From an uncultured Planctomycetia bacterium (lineage in GTDB: Bacteria; Omnitrophota; Gorgyraeia; JABMRG01): 64,000 nucleotides of DNA. Position 1 is the first letter of the stretch. Each line of letters begins with the position of its first letter. The stretch is taken from assembly GCA_964634945.1 (NCBI GenBank), contig CAZWMG010000009.1:1954-65953 (forward strand), given 5' to 3'. Below the pieces are notes generated by a model, which was not told the origin of the DNA, did no database searches, and saw only the letters and a list, made by a program, of their open reading frames with translations. Of the stretch, positions 36,766 to 46,959 are shown piece by piece. A program made the position numbers and the translations under genes.

Positions 36766-37858
36766 CTATTGTTTCCATTTTAAGAACGCCTGTATAAACT
36801 TCTCTATATCGCCATCCATAACAGCCTGGGTATTCGAGGTCTCTTCTTTTGTCCTATGATCCTTGACCATATTATATGGATGAAATACATAAGATCGTAT
36901 CTGACTACCCCACTCTATCTTCTGTTTAGCGGTATGCTCCTTCTCCATCTTTGCGCGTAGCTCTTCCTGCTGTCTTTGATAAAGACGGGCTCGCAAGACT
37001 CGCATAGCAGTTGCCCTATTCTTAATCTGTGAGCGTTCATTCTGGCACTGCACTACCACACCTGTAGGAATATGCGTAATCCTTACCGCTGAATCTGTTG
37101 TATTTACGCTTTGGCCTCCGGGGCCACTTGAGCGGTATACATCTACCCTTATATCCACATTCTTAATCTCTATATCTACATCATCCGCTACCTCGGGCAT
37201 AATATCTACTGACGCGAATGAGGTATGGCGGCGCTTGTTTGAATCAAATGGTGAAATCCTTACAAGACGGTGAACTCCACGCTCGCCTTTTAAATACCCA
37301 TACGCCCAGTCGCCTTTTATGATAATGGTAACATTCTTTACCCCCGCTTCTTCTCCGGGTAAAAGGTCGACAGGCTCTATAGTGTAATTCATTCTCGCTG
37401 ACCAACGATTGTACATTCTCAAGAGCATGTTTGCCCAATCACATGATTCAGTACCACCCGCGCCCGCGTTAATGCTAAGTATCGCGTTATTTATATCACG
37501 CTTACCATCTAAAAGGCTCTTAAACTCCAGTGCATCTACTTTTTCAATAAGGCCTGCAAGCTCTCGCTCTGTCTCTTTAATCGTATCGTGTTCATCGCTA
37601 TCCAATATAGAAACAAGTTCTTCAAGCTCCTGATACTCCCTGTAACAGACTTGAAACGGCTCACTTGTAGCCTTAAGGGCCTTTAATCGGTAGATTACCT
37701 GATTTGCTTTCTGAGTATCATTCCAGAAATCGGGCGCTGACATAGTTGTCTCTATGTGAGATATCTCATCGAGCTTCTTCTCGACGTCAAAGATACCCCC
37801 TTAGGTGACTAAGTTTACCCTTTATAGCATTCAGCTTGGATTTTATATCTTCTAACAT
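36766..37858 (-). CDS. prfB: Peptide chain release factor 2 (prfB) with a programmed +1 ribosomal frameshift
   Basis: ORF0 is MLEDIKSKLNAIKGKLSHLRGYL, ending at an in-frame TGA at 37789-37787 within the motif AGGGGG TAT CTT TGA C. The +1 frame continues DVEKKLDEISHIETTMSAPDFWND... into the track ORF 36766-37743. SPF and GGQ motifs are present. Confidence 0.9.
37786..37801 (-). promoter_or_regulatory. RF2 programmed +1 frameshift site (SD-like AGGGGG, slippery CUU, in-frame UGA, C)
   Basis: The minus strand reads aggggg tat ctt tga c, identical in logic to the E. coli prfB autoregulatory recoding site. Confidence 0.85.
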
Positions 37859-37905
37859 AGTATTATAGAGGATACCACAAATCACACTATATTTACAAGT
37901 GAAAT

Positions 37906-37962
37906 GATATAGGGGACACTCCTGAACGCGGAGTAAAATCTAATCTCAGGGGTGTCCCCTAT
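37906..37962 (-). terminator. Palindromic terminator immediately after the MGMT-family gene, sharing the ggggacac core with the tRNA terminator
   Basis: atataggggacactcctga ... tcaggggtgtcccctatat: a 19-bp stem with one G-U pair and a 19-nt loop. It overlaps the stop codon of the 37959-38225 gene. Confidence 0.5.
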
Positions 37963-38225
37963 ATATTTACACCCTCTTTCTTCAGTAAGTGCGTCTTTAC
38001 CTGTACGCCTTTTTGAAACCCGCCTATTGCACCGTTGGATCTGATCACACGATGGCAGGGCACTTTTCCTATATATGGATTCTTATTCAACGCGCTTCCT
38101 ACTGCCCGATATGCATTTGGAGAACCTATCTGTTCCGCTATTTGCTTATAGCTTCGCACCTCGCCCCGAGGGATCCTGCTCACCGCTTCATAGACCTTCT
38201 GTTGAAATAAGGTCAGATCAGTCAT
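37959..38225 (-). CDS. Stand-alone MGMT-family DNA-binding domain protein (O6-alkylguanine-DNA alkyltransferase C-terminal domain, active-site PCHRV present)
   Basis: 88 aa: ...YKQIAEQIGSPNAYRAVGSALNKNPYIGKVPCHRVIRSNGAIGGF. It has the conserved Cys acceptor motif but no N-terminal domain. Confidence 0.75.
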   Translation of the reverse strand: MTDLTLFQQKVYEAVSRIPRGEVRSYKQIAEQIGSPNAYRAVGSALNKNPYIGKVPCHRVIRSNGAIGGFQKGVQVKTHLLKKEGVNI

Positions 38226-38287
38226 AATTTATGCCCCTAACTTTACAAAATAGTGCAATACTCAAAATGTAACATTGCGCTTGTATA

Positions 38288-39826
38288 TCAAGAGCGAAAG
38301 TGGTCATAGACCGCTTTTGCCTCTTTTTCATCAACAAAATTGACTTTCTTAAGCTCCGCGATACCTGCTGTCTGTATCTTATCAAGAGAGCCAAAATATT
38401 TTATAAGCTCTGCTTTTCTTATCGGGCCTATACCCTTGATCTCATCAAGCGCGGATGCGCTTAAACCCTTTTTCCTAAGGAGCCTGTGATAGCTTATCGC
38501 AAACCTATGCGCTTCGTCACGTACCCTTTCACAAAAAAATAGTGCCTGCGTAAACTTGCCAAGCAATATGGGGTCTTTTCTCTCATGGGTATATATCTTA
38601 TCAGGATTCTTAGCTATCCCGATTACAGGGATATTTATAATCCTTAAAGCGCGCAATTCAGCCTTAGAAGCGGCAAGATGTCCTTTGCCGCCGTCTATTA
38701 TAATCAGATCAGGAAGAGTGCCTTTCTCCGATAAAAGTTTCTTGTATCTCCTTGATACGATTTCGCGCATCATGCTGTAGTCATCGATAACATGGACCGT
38801 CTTTATCTTAAAATGCATATACCTGTTCTTGCGTGGTTTACCGTCAGTAAAACAGACCATAGAACCTACAGCCTCTTTGCCGCTTATATTGGAAACATCG
38901 AATGCCTCTATTGTACGTAAAGGATTCACAAGCTTTAATAACGACCTCAGTTCTTCTACCTGCAATGGAATAGTTGCCGGCATCCTGGAGATAGAATGCG
39001 GAGAAGTCTTGCCAAATTGCGCGCGTTGCAAATCCACGGAATTATCCGCGCATGTCAGCATAGAGAGCGCTTGCATCCTATTTCTTATCCTAGTGGCTGA
39101 TTCGTAATTTTTATCTTCCGCGGCCTTCTTCATCTGAGGTCTTAAAAGCTCAATGAGCTCATTCTGCCTTCCATCCAAAAAAAGTCTTAGCTCCGCTACA
39201 ATAGCACGATACTCTTTTTTCCTATTATTATGAACGCATGGGCCGATACACTGACCTATATGATAATCAAGGCACGCGCGACGATTAGCCTGTGTGGGTA
39301 TCTTCTGACATGTTCTTAAAGGAAAGACTCTTCTCATGAACTTAAACGCCTCCCGCAGAAGTTTAGCGTTTGTAAATGGGCCAAAGTATAGGGCCTTATC
39401 AGGCTTTATCTTTCTTGTAATAAGCAGTCGCGGATAATTTTCATTTATAGTGAGCTTGAGCCGCGGATATGACTTATCATCCTTGAGGAGAACATTGTAT
39501 CGCGGATTGTATCTTTTTATAAGCGCCGCCTCAAGCAAAAGAGCTGTGGATTCATCAGCGGTAAGTATATAATCAATATCCACTACATTACTAAGCAATA
39601 TTCCATGTCTTGATGAGCCACCTTTCGCGAAACCGTTATTGGAGGTCTTCACGCCGGTGAGGTTTCTTGCGGGCTGATATGCTTTCTTGTGCCGCAAGAA
39701 ATGAGTCTTCAGCCTTTTTCGGAGGGAGGCCGCCTTGCCTATATATATGATATTCTGCTCTTTATCCTTAAGCAGATAAACGCCCGAGGCCTCTGGGAGC
39801 TTTGCTATCTTCTCTTTAACGCCCAT
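38288..39826 (-). CDS. uvrC: Excinuclease ABC subunit C (UvrC)
   Basis: Start at MGVKEKIAKLPEASGVYLLKD, with RBS AAGGAG 9 nt upstream. GIY-YIG domain (GVYLL...IYIGKA), UvrBC-interaction region, RNase H-like endonuclease domain, and C-terminal HhH2 (GIGPIRKAELIKYFGS). Confidence 0.9.
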   Translation of the reverse strand: MGVKEKIAKLPEASGVYLLKDKEQNIIYIGKAASLRKRLKTHFLRHKKAYQPARNLTGVKTSNNGFAKGGSSRHGILLSNVVDIDYILTADESTALLLEAALIKRYNPRYNVLLKDDKSYPRLKLTINENYPRLLITRKIKPDKALYFGPFTNAKLLREAFKFMRRVFPLRTCQKIPTQANRRACLDYHIGQCIGPCVHNNRKKEYRAIVAELRLFLDGRQNELIELLRPQMKKAAEDKNYESATRIRNRMQALSMLTCADNSVDLQRAQFGKTSPHSISRMPATIPLQVEELRSLLKLVNPLRTIEAFDVSNISGKEAVGSMVCFTDGKPRKNRYMHFKIKTVHVIDDYSMMREIVSRRYKKLLSEKGTLPDLIIIDGGKGHLAASKAELRALRIINIPVIGIAKNPDKIYTHERKDPILLGKFTQALFFCERVRDEAHRFAISYHRLLRKKGLSASALDEIKGIGPIRKAELIKYFGSLDKIQTAGIAELKKVNFVDEKEAKAVYDHFRS

Positions 39827-41361
39827 CTGACAAACTCCTTGAGCTCCTTGATACGCAAAGCGTAGCAAGCAACCAGATAAAATATAATAGCTCCACATAT
39901 TGAAAAAAGGAGGCTGAGCACAGAATGCACTATTGTGCCGGAGGAAAATAGAAAACGCAGGTAATTATTAAGCCAAAAGACAAAACCGCCCATCATAATA
40001 GAGGCTATCGATATCTTGGCCAGAGAGATCAAAAGCCCCTTCTCGTACAATGAGCCCACCTTTTTTCTTAGCACCATAAAAAGCAAGGTCGCGTTAAATA
40101 TGCCTGATATTGAATTGGCTAGGGCAAGACCCCCGACTTTTAGCCTGAACATAAGCAATACACTCAATGAGATATTAATAACAAGCGAAATGGCGGCTAT
40201 CTTAACGGGCGTCTTTGTATCCTGCATAGCGTAAAAACTGTTTACCAGTATCTTGATAGCCCCATAAGCCAAGAGGCCGAACGCGTAAAAGAATAGCGCG
40301 TTTGAAGTTATCATTGTAGAATAACTACCAAAGGCGCCTCTCTCAAGAAGCGTCTTTGTAATGGGTACTGACAATACTATAAGCCCGGCACTTGCGGGCA
40401 GGAGAACAAAGAATACACTCCTTAATAAAAAGTTTATAGTGCGGCGAAATTCCTCTTCTTCTTTTCTGGCGACGTGTCCTGATAGCGTAGGCAGGGCTGC
40501 CTGAGCAAGCGCTATAGCGAATATAGCAAGCGGAAACTGAAGTATCCTGTTTGAAAAATAAAGAGCAGCTACTGCGCCTTCCCCGACAATCCTAGCTATT
40601 GATGCCAACATAGTGCTTACAAACACGTTTATCTGATAAACGCCGCTTCCGAATATCCGCGGAATAAGAAGGGTCATGATCCTTTTTATCTTTGGATGCA
40701 TAAAACTTTTCTGGTTAAATGTAATACCGCTTTTTATAAGGACCGGAACCTGCACAGCGATCTGTAAAAAACCACCGAATAATACCCCTACACCTAAGCC
40801 TACAACATCCTGCCTCCACATGAACATGCATAATATAAGAGATACATTTAACAGGCCCATGCTAAACGCCGGGGCAGTAAAATGTTTAATGGAATTCAAG
40901 ACACCCATGCTATAAGCGGAAAGGCCTATAAAAATAAGGTAGGGAAATATGGTTCTTGTAAGGGCAATAGTAATGTTAAGCTTCTGCGGATCCTGTAAAA
41001 AACCGGGTGCTATAGCTATAACAATAGCTTTCGAGAAAATAACACCTGCAAGGGTCAAGAGAGTCAGAATGATTAGTAAGATATTGAGCAGGATATTAGC
41101 AAGTTTCCAAAATTCGTCCTTGCCCTTATGCGTAAGCTCCTCAACGAGAACAGGCACAACAGCGGCATTTGTAGCCCCCTCACCTATAAGATCACGAAGA
41201 AGATTAGGTATCCTAAATGCCACTACAAAGGCCTGCGCAAATATGCCGGTACCAAAAAAAGCCGCGAATATTATATCCCTGATAAAACCAAGAACACGGC
41301 TCAGTAATGTGGCTATACCGATTATGCCGGCTGATCTCGCTATAGATTTATTAGTTGACAT
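39805..41361 (-). CDS. murJ: Lipid II flippase MurJ (MviN)
   Basis: 518 aa with 14 TM helices and the N-terminus ...IIGIATLLSRVLGFIRDIIFAAFFGTG, a MurJ hallmark. Confidence 0.85.
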   Translation of the reverse strand: MSTNKSIARSAGIIGIATLLSRVLGFIRDIIFAAFFGTGIFAQAFVVAFRIPNLLRDLIGEGATNAAVVPVLVEELTHKGKDEFWKLANILLNILLIILTLLTLAGVIFSKAIVIAIAPGFLQDPQKLNITIALTRTIFPYLIFIGLSAYSMGVLNSIKHFTAPAFSMGLLNVSLILCMFMWRQDVVGLGVGVLFGGFLQIAVQVPVLIKSGITFNQKSFMHPKIKRIMTLLIPRIFGSGVYQINVFVSTMLASIARIVGEGAVAALYFSNRILQFPLAIFAIALAQAALPTLSGHVARKEEEEFRRTINFLLRSVFFVLLPASAGLIVLSVPITKTLLERGAFGSYSTMITSNALFFYAFGLLAYGAIKILVNSFYAMQDTKTPVKIAAISLVINISLSVLLMFRLKVGGLALANSISGIFNATLLFMVLRKKVGSLYEKGLLISLAKISIASIMMGGFVFWLNNYLRFLFSSGTIVHSVLSLLFSICGAIIFYLVACYALRIKELKEFVRWALKRR

Positions 41362-41420
41362 ACTTAACCCTGATATGCTATACTTACTTTTCTAAATTAA
41401 AGAAATATGTGGAGGAAATT

Positions 41421-41687
41421 ATGGCAAATTTGAAATCTGCGAAAAAATCCATTAAACAGGATAAAAAAAAGCGACTGCATAATGCCGCAATTGCTTCGGA
41501 ACTAAAAACCTTTGTTAAAAAACTAAATGCCCTTATAAGCTCTGATAAGGCTGATGAAGCTGTTAAGATGCTATCCATGCTTACGTCAAAACTGGATAAA
41601 GCCGCGAAAAAGGGCCTGATAAAGCGTCATAACGCGGACCGCAGAAAATCCCGCCTCGCGACAAAAGTCGCTAAGCTTAAAAAATAA
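41421..41687 (+). CDS. rpsT: 30S ribosomal protein S20
   Basis: MANLKSAKKSIKQDKKKRLHNAA... with RBS GGAGGA 7 nt upstream. It is one of only two plus-strand genes in the window. Confidence 0.9.
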   Translation: MANLKSAKKSIKQDKKKRLHNAAIASELKTFVKKLNALISSDKADEAVKMLSMLTSKLDKAAKKGLIKRHNADRRKSRLATKVAKLKK

Positions 41688-41695
41688 ATGAGCAC

Positions 41696-41726
41696 ATAAG
41701 TTACGGAGTAAAACGACGTAACTTAT
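41696..41726. terminator. Hairpin between convergent rpsT and holA, a likely bidirectional terminator (T-rich on the minus-strand side)
   Basis: Stem ataagttacg / cgtaacttat (10 bp) with an 11-nt loop. The minus strand continues atgtgctcatttatttttt. Confidence 0.5.
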
Positions 41727-41773
41727 AAATGCGAATTTATCCTGAGGATACAAAGTATCCGAAGGATCCAAGA

Positions 41774-42769
41774 TCAGCTTGAAAGTTTTACAACAAGCAT
41801 CTCAAGTAAATAATTCCCTTTAACACTGCTTCTCTTTATCAAAAGATCCGTTTCAAGTAATACCTGAAGGTCATTCTTCAATCTATCCAATGTTAATCCG
41901 CTTGCCTGAGATATCAATCTAGTCAACACATAGGTACCTGTTTTAAGGGAAAGCGCCATATTTGCCCTGGATACCTTTTTCAATAATAACCTCTTTACCG
42001 CTATAATCCTTGTTATGTGCCATGTAAGAAGCCCGAGGATCTGTACGGGACTGGAACCTGACTGAAAAAGACTCTTTAGTGTAATCAGGGCTTTCCTTAA
42101 GTCTTTTTCATTTATAGAATCAAGCAGTCCAAAGGTTGAACCTTCTAAGGGGATATCCGCAAATTGTAATATATCATTATCCGTTACCTTCTCTCTATCG
42201 CCTATAAACAGCAGGAGCTGTTGGATCATGGAGCTGATCCTGCCAAAATCCTGTTCTGCGCTATCTAATATCAGCTCCGCGGATCTTCTGCTTATCTGTT
42301 TATTCTGCCGCTTGAACCTGTTTATTATCCACAACACTACCTTGTCTGCCTGAAGCCTTGAAAAGACGAGCTTCTCCACCCTGGATAATACCTTATTTAA
42401 AAATTTCTCTGTCTTTGCGCTAGATTTTGAACTTACCAAAACAAGGGTAGCTTTACCTGAAGGCACTTTATTTATATATTGGGCAAGTAGGGCCTTATCT
42501 TCTTCTCGCATAACCTCAAGGTCTTTTACAACGACCAACTTCCTATCGCCTGTTAATGAGAATGTCTCAAGCGAGCGGATAATCTCCTCTGCCGCTGTAT
42601 CCTTGGCATAATAGAGATTGTAATTAAAGGCATCAATATTCTCGCCTATAATATCGGATTTAAGTTGATTTAGGTAAGCTGTTTTTCTGAATTCATCTTC
42701 TCCGGTCAACAAGTATACATTACTACCGGATTTAAGAGGGGACTTTATTGCCTGGGGCATATCTACCAA
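41774..42769 (-). CDS. holA: DNA polymerase III delta subunit (HolA)
   Basis: 331 aa with the N-terminal VYLLTGEDEF AAA+-like fold motif and a length and organisation typical of HolA. The lptE-holA adjacency is as in many Proteobacteria. Confidence 0.7.
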   Translation of the reverse strand: MVDMPQAIKSPLKSGSNVYLLTGEDEFRKTAYLNQLKSDIIGENIDAFNYNLYYAKDTAAEEIIRSLETFSLTGDRKLVVVKDLEVMREEDKALLAQYINKVPSGKATLVLVSSKSSAKTEKFLNKVLSRVEKLVFSRLQADKVVLWIINRFKRQNKQISRRSAELILDSAEQDFGRISSMIQQLLLFIGDREKVTDNDILQFADIPLEGSTFGLLDSINEKDLRKALITLKSLFQSGSSPVQILGLLTWHITRIIAVKRLLLKKVSRANMALSLKTGTYVLTRLISQASGLTLDRLKNDLQVLLETDLLIKRSSVKGNYLLEMLVVKLSS

Positions 42770-43332
42770 ACCTCTATGGTTCTTTCGACCACCCTTCTTG
42801 CCAGGTCACTCAACGCCGCTGTTATAGCTGAATCTTCGCTCTTCTGCTGCGCGCCCGTAGTAAAGTAATAGTCACTTCCGGCAAAATTTTTCTCTGCCCA
42901 CATAACCTTGTTAGTTTCTGTGTCCGTAGCATCCATATCCACAAAAATTGCCAATCTATATTGGTCTATATTATCATCATAACCGTATTTTGTCGGTTCT
43001 CTCTTGAAATCAACGAGTGCTCCGGTTATAACTATATCAGCGTCTTTCTTGTTTGAGACCCTAAGATGTCCATCAAATATAAACCTGTCTATTATCGCCT
43101 GAGTCACGTCTACTTCTAGTAGCGGGCGGTATGTCTTGTATCTGTGCATATCGGATATCTCGTCTGTAATGGGTATCTTATTGGCAAAGTTTTCAATGTA
43201 GATATTTTTGTAATTAGCGGGAAGAAGCGAGCCTGTTGTATAACCGCAACCAACAAATATAGTAAGGCAGGCAAACAGCAGAAAACAGGTTATGGCAGGT
43301 AAAAAATAATCGGGCGTTTTGATTTTTTGCAT
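42763..43332 (-). CDS. lptE: LptE-like LPS-assembly lipoprotein
   Basis: Lipoprotein signal with lipobox LFVGC|G, size 189 aa, immediately upstream of holA and overlapping it by 7 nt, the conserved lptE-holA arrangement. The sequence itself is weakly diagnostic. Confidence 0.55.
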   Translation of the reverse strand: MQKIKTPDYFLPAITCFLLFACLTIFVGCGYTTGSLLPANYKNIYIENFANKIPITDEISDMHRYKTYRPLLEVDVTQAIIDRFIFDGHLRVSNKKDADIVITGALVDFKREPTKYGYDDNIDQYRLAIFVDMDATDTETNKVMWAEKNFAGSDYYFTTGAQQKSEDSAITAALSDLARRVVERTIEVW

Positions 43333-43346
43333 TTGGCTGGCTCCGC

Positions 43347-44336
43347 TTATTCTGCCAAGGCAACAGTTTTTCTTCTTGGCCTTATACGTTTATCAACTGC
43401 CTCAAGCCGCTTGGTAGCAACTCCTACTGTAGAGGCACTCGGAAACTCATCCAGGATCTTATTATAATATATCGATGCTGCTTTATATTTTCCTATGCGC
43501 TCATAAAACCTGGCGGTCTTCAAATAATAATCTGCCCTCTTCTCAATTATCTCTTTCTTTTCTTTTTGCGCCTTCTTGACCAGTTCGCTATCTGGGTTCT
43601 GTCTCGCGAATTCTTCAAACTCATCCATGGCCTGCTCTGCAAGGGACTGGTCGTAATCACTACCACCTGATGCTATAGAAGCGCACATCGCAACCTGGAA
43701 CTTAGCGTCAGTAGCCACATCACTGTCAGGATAATCATCAAGTATCTTCTGAAAAGCGTCTCGCGCCTCCTGATAAAAAGCTATTTTTTTATAGAGTTCT
43801 CCTATACGAAACTGCGCTACCGGGGCGTATTCACTATAAGGGGCATTTGAAACAACCTTCTTATATATCTCTATAATCTGCTCGGGCATTGCCTTGAAAC
43901 TTATACCGATAAATTTGGTATTTTCGCCTTCATAGAGCCTGCCCGCGATATCAAACTGCCTCTTTATGATCTCGTCTGTTCTCTCGGTAAACGGGTAATC
44001 ATCTATAACCTTTTGATAGCTCTGATAGGCCTGATAAGGGTTATTAAGTTCTTCGTAGCAACGTCCAACAAAGTACTGCGCCTCAGACGCCGCTTCAGAT
44101 CGCTTATAAAACTTGATGATCTTGTTAAATTCCGTAAGCGCCTTCTTATATTCTTTCGCTGAGAAAAAATCCATAGAATAAAGAAGCTGCTCTTTCGGGG
44201 TATCTTTCGGGGCATATTTCGGATTTACCCACTTTTTTGTCTGTGGGGTCCATATCCAATAACAATAACCAACGGTTGTATTATATAGTATTAGTAATGC
44301 TACAATAATAATTATAGGTTTTGATTTATTTTTCAT
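43347..44336 (-). CDS. bamD: TPR-repeat lipoprotein, BamD(YfiO)-like outer-membrane assembly factor
   Basis: Signal/lipobox region followed by about five TPR-like repeats (AQYFVGRCYEEL..., AQFRIGELYKKI..., ARFYERIGKYKAA). Size and architecture fit BamD; the call is not sequence-proven. Confidence 0.5.
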   Translation of the reverse strand: MKNKSKPIIIIVALLILYNTTVGYCYWIWTPQTKKWVNPKYAPKDTPKEQLLYSMDFFSAKEYKKALTEFNKIIKFYKRSEAASEAQYFVGRCYEELNNPYQAYQSYQKVIDDYPFTERTDEIIKRQFDIAGRLYEGENTKFIGISFKAMPEQIIEIYKKVVSNAPYSEYAPVAQFRIGELYKKIAFYQEARDAFQKILDDYPDSDVATDAKFQVAMCASIASGGSDYDQSLAEQAMDEFEEFARQNPDSELVKKAQKEKKEIIEKRADYYLKTARFYERIGKYKAASIYYNKILDEFPSASTVGVATKRLEAVDKRIRPRRKTVALAE

Positions 44337-44543
44337 GATTTTACCCTTGAATAAGTAAGGTTAATATAGCATTACAGGCCATATTTGTCAATTAAAATAG
44401 GAGTTTTATGACACGAATCGCAGGATTAGGCCTTAAGGTATCGGTTCTCTGAATATTATGCTTTAGGAGACAAAAAAATAGAGCCTCATCTATCCCCGCT
44501 TCAAATAAAGATCCTTGGGAAATAAAATAAGCTCACTATTTAC

Positions 44544-44912
44544 TTATGATGTAACTGCCTTTGGAGCCGGCGATTTTGATATAAAAGAAGAAAGGTGCTT
44601 GTTGTCTTCCTCTGTCATATCCATAAACTGCAGACCGACACTATACTGATTACTGCGAGGAACTTTCCGTATCCACGCTACCTTTGATATCGCTTTTATA
44701 GGACGTGAAAAAGACGGTACAGACACCTCTAAAAGTAATCTTGTAAATATTGAAAGAAAGTCGTTGGAGACAAAACGTACCCCACTCTCACTGATATCTT
44801 TTGTAAGAGAACCCGCGTATGTTTCTATCGGGCGCTGTATATCCTTGAACTGGAGCGGTAAGCGCGCATCAATTCTTGCACACTTTCTCCTTTCCTTAAC
44901 ATAAGGCTGCAT
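44544..44912 (-). CDS. PilZ-domain protein (c-di-GMP receptor)
   Basis: RxxxR motif (RRKCARIDAR) and D-x-S-x-x-G motif (KDISESGVRF) at the spacing expected of a PilZ domain. Confidence 0.75.
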   Translation of the reverse strand: MQPYVKERRKCARIDARLPLQFKDIQRPIETYAGSLTKDISESGVRFVSNDFLSIFTRLLLEVSVPSFSRPIKAISKVAWIRKVPRSNQYSVGLQFMDMTEEDNKHLSSFISKSPAPKAVTS

Positions 44913-45035
44913 ACTTAGATTCCCCCCATTTTGATAGATTTTCTAAGTTGATTTATTATAGCACCGTTTTAGCAACAGTGTCAAGTGAAATATAAAAGAT
45001 TTTAAAAAGTAATTTTAAATACTTATAGCCTAAAA

Positions 45036-46610
45036 CTACATCATATTGCGGTCTAAAAGCAGTTTAACCACCATATAAACCAAAGCATAATAAAACGCTA
45101 TCAGATACCACTGCATATCAAAAACATAGAAATACGCGAAAGGCGCACCCGATAAGAAGGTGAGTACCGCTACAACGACTTCTAGCAAATTATGCAAGAG
45201 ATATGCGATAAGAAGAGATATCGGCTGTAAAAAGATCGGCACGCAGACAAGTGCTATACTTAGGAAAAGAATCACTCCCAATAATGGAATTACAAAGATG
45301 TTAGCTATTATGCTAATAGGTGAGATCATCCCGAAGTAAACAGCGGTAATCGGCCAGACACCTATAAAGACAGCTAGTGACGCAAACAAAATCCTTCTCG
45401 CGTATTGTGAAACTATCGATAGATATTTATTGTTGTTAAAACTCACATCTTTTTTTGGCCCGCGTGTAAATAATATCTCAAACTTCGGAGTGAAATAAAC
45501 AAGTGAAAATACGCAAGCAAAAGACAAGATAAACCCCGCAGAAAATATCTGCATGGGGTTTATAATAAGTATTATTATCCCCGCTAAAGACAGGGCTGTA
45601 TATATGTCGAAATCTCTATCAAGTATATACGAAAAAAGATATGTCGTTATCATGATAGATGCCCTTAAGATAGGTATTCTCTCTTGCGCGACAATAGCAT
45701 AGCCAGCAAGAAAAATAATAATAACTACGCTTGAGATCTTTCGCGGCAAACGACACAACGTAAGGATAAAAAATAATATAGCTGATATTATCGCGACATG
45801 CAGGCCGCTTACTGAAAGAACATGCACCGAACCTGTCTTAATAAAAATCTCTCTTAAATGTTTCGGTATCCAATGGCGACTCGCGACAAGCATAGCGCTG
45901 ATTAACGTATTATCGGGATACGGCAGATAGCGCTTAAGCCGCTTCTCTATGACGCGCCTGATATCGTATATGGGCCTTCTGATTGAAAATCCGGCGCTAT
46001 TTTTAAGCGGCGCAACATCACTATCATCTCTTATATCAATAATAGTATGTATGCCTTTCGTTCTAAGATATCTCGCGTAATTAAAACTACTCTTACCTGA
46101 AAAATTAACAGGACTCTTTAACGTAGCAAAAACAACAAGATCATCTCCATAATTATAATCTAGCTCATTATCATCTATCTCTGCTTCTGAAAGGCCTCTC
46201 AATCTTAACCATGCATTGCCCTGCTTATAAGCCATGGCTTGAAAAGTAAAGCTACACTTTCTCTTGGACCATCTCTGCCATTTATATATAGGCTCTGACT
46301 TTATTCTTCCTCTAATGTAATATTGTGAATCTGGGGGTTTTAGAAGGCAGGATACATGGTCTTTACCCAGAGTATTAAAATTTATATATGTTGCCGCGCC
46401 GAGAACAAGAATAAGCAGTCCTGACGCAAAAAGAAATAGGTTCCTGCTTTTTGCGATAGCCAGACAGATAATAATAAATAAGGCAAAGATCAGAACCAAA
46501 ATTATATTAAATGGGATATTTAATTTTTGAGCAGCTACTATGCCAAGCCCGAATAGCAAAAATGCTAATAGCAATGGGCGTTTTTTAAAGGAAGTTTTAT
46601 TTTGAAACAT
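45036..46610 (-). CDS. comEC: Competence protein ComEC/Rec2 (DNA-uptake channel; lacks the C-terminal metallo-beta-lactamase domain)
   Basis: N-terminal TM/OB-fold region and a Competence domain with conserved SVSGLHVAI and histidine-containing helices, ending at 524 aa. Confidence 0.8.
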   Translation of the reverse strand: MFQNKTSFKKRPLLLAFLLFGLGIVAAQKLNIPFNIILVLIFALFIIICLAIAKSRNLFLFASGLLILVLGAATYINFNTLGKDHVSCLLKPPDSQYYIRGRIKSEPIYKWQRWSKRKCSFTFQAMAYKQGNAWLRLRGLSEAEIDDNELDYNYGDDLVVFATLKSPVNFSGKSSFNYARYLRTKGIHTIIDIRDDSDVAPLKNSAGFSIRRPIYDIRRVIEKRLKRYLPYPDNTLISAMLVASRHWIPKHLREIFIKTGSVHVLSVSGLHVAIISAILFFILTLCRLPRKISSVVIIIFLAGYAIVAQERIPILRASIMITTYLFSYILDRDFDIYTALSLAGIIILIINPMQIFSAGFILSFACVFSLVYFTPKFEILFTRGPKKDVSFNNNKYLSIVSQYARRILFASLAVFIGVWPITAVYFGMISPISIIANIFVIPLLGVILFLSIALVCVPIFLQPISLLIAYLLHNLLEVVVAVLTFLSGAPFAYFYVFDMQWYLIAFYYALVYMVVKLLLDRNMM

Positions 46611-46959
46611 CTACCTCTACCCTATGCTTTATGGCTTCATATTTTTTCACGCCTATGCCCTTGATCTTAAGAAGCTGCTTTTTTGAGGTAAAACCATGAT
46701 TAGCGTTGCGATAATCTATGATCCTCTCTGCTGTTTTAGGGCCTATACCAGGGAGCTTTGCGAGAGCATATCTGCTAGCGCTATTAATGTCTACTCGTTT
46801 TCCCGCCACAATAGCCTGTTGTGCGTGCGCAGATATTAGTGATTCTTCTTGGGTAAGGCATATTCTGCTCTGGTGCAGCTTCTTGTAAAAGGATAACGCG
46901 ATAAATATAGATAGGGCTGATATAAGCAGAAGAACGACTATTCTTTCGGTTTTTTGCAT
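46597..46959 (-). CDS. comEA: ComEA-like DNA receptor (tandem helix-hairpin-helix)
   Basis: N-terminal anchor helix, then VDINSASRYALAKLPGIGPKTAERIIDYR and LLKIKGIGVKKYEAIK HhH motifs. It overlaps comEC by 14 nt. Confidence 0.85.
   Translation of the reverse strand: MQKTERIVVLLLISALSIFIALSFYKKLHQSRICLTQEESLISAHAQQAIVAGKRVDINSASRYALAKLPGIGPKTAERIIDYRNANHGFTSKKQLLKIKGIGVKKYEAIKHRVEVDVSK

Noticed and set aside
44003-44215. 70-aa minus-strand ORF
   Set aside because: It lies inside the BamD-like gene in another frame and encodes an R/S-rich junk sequence.
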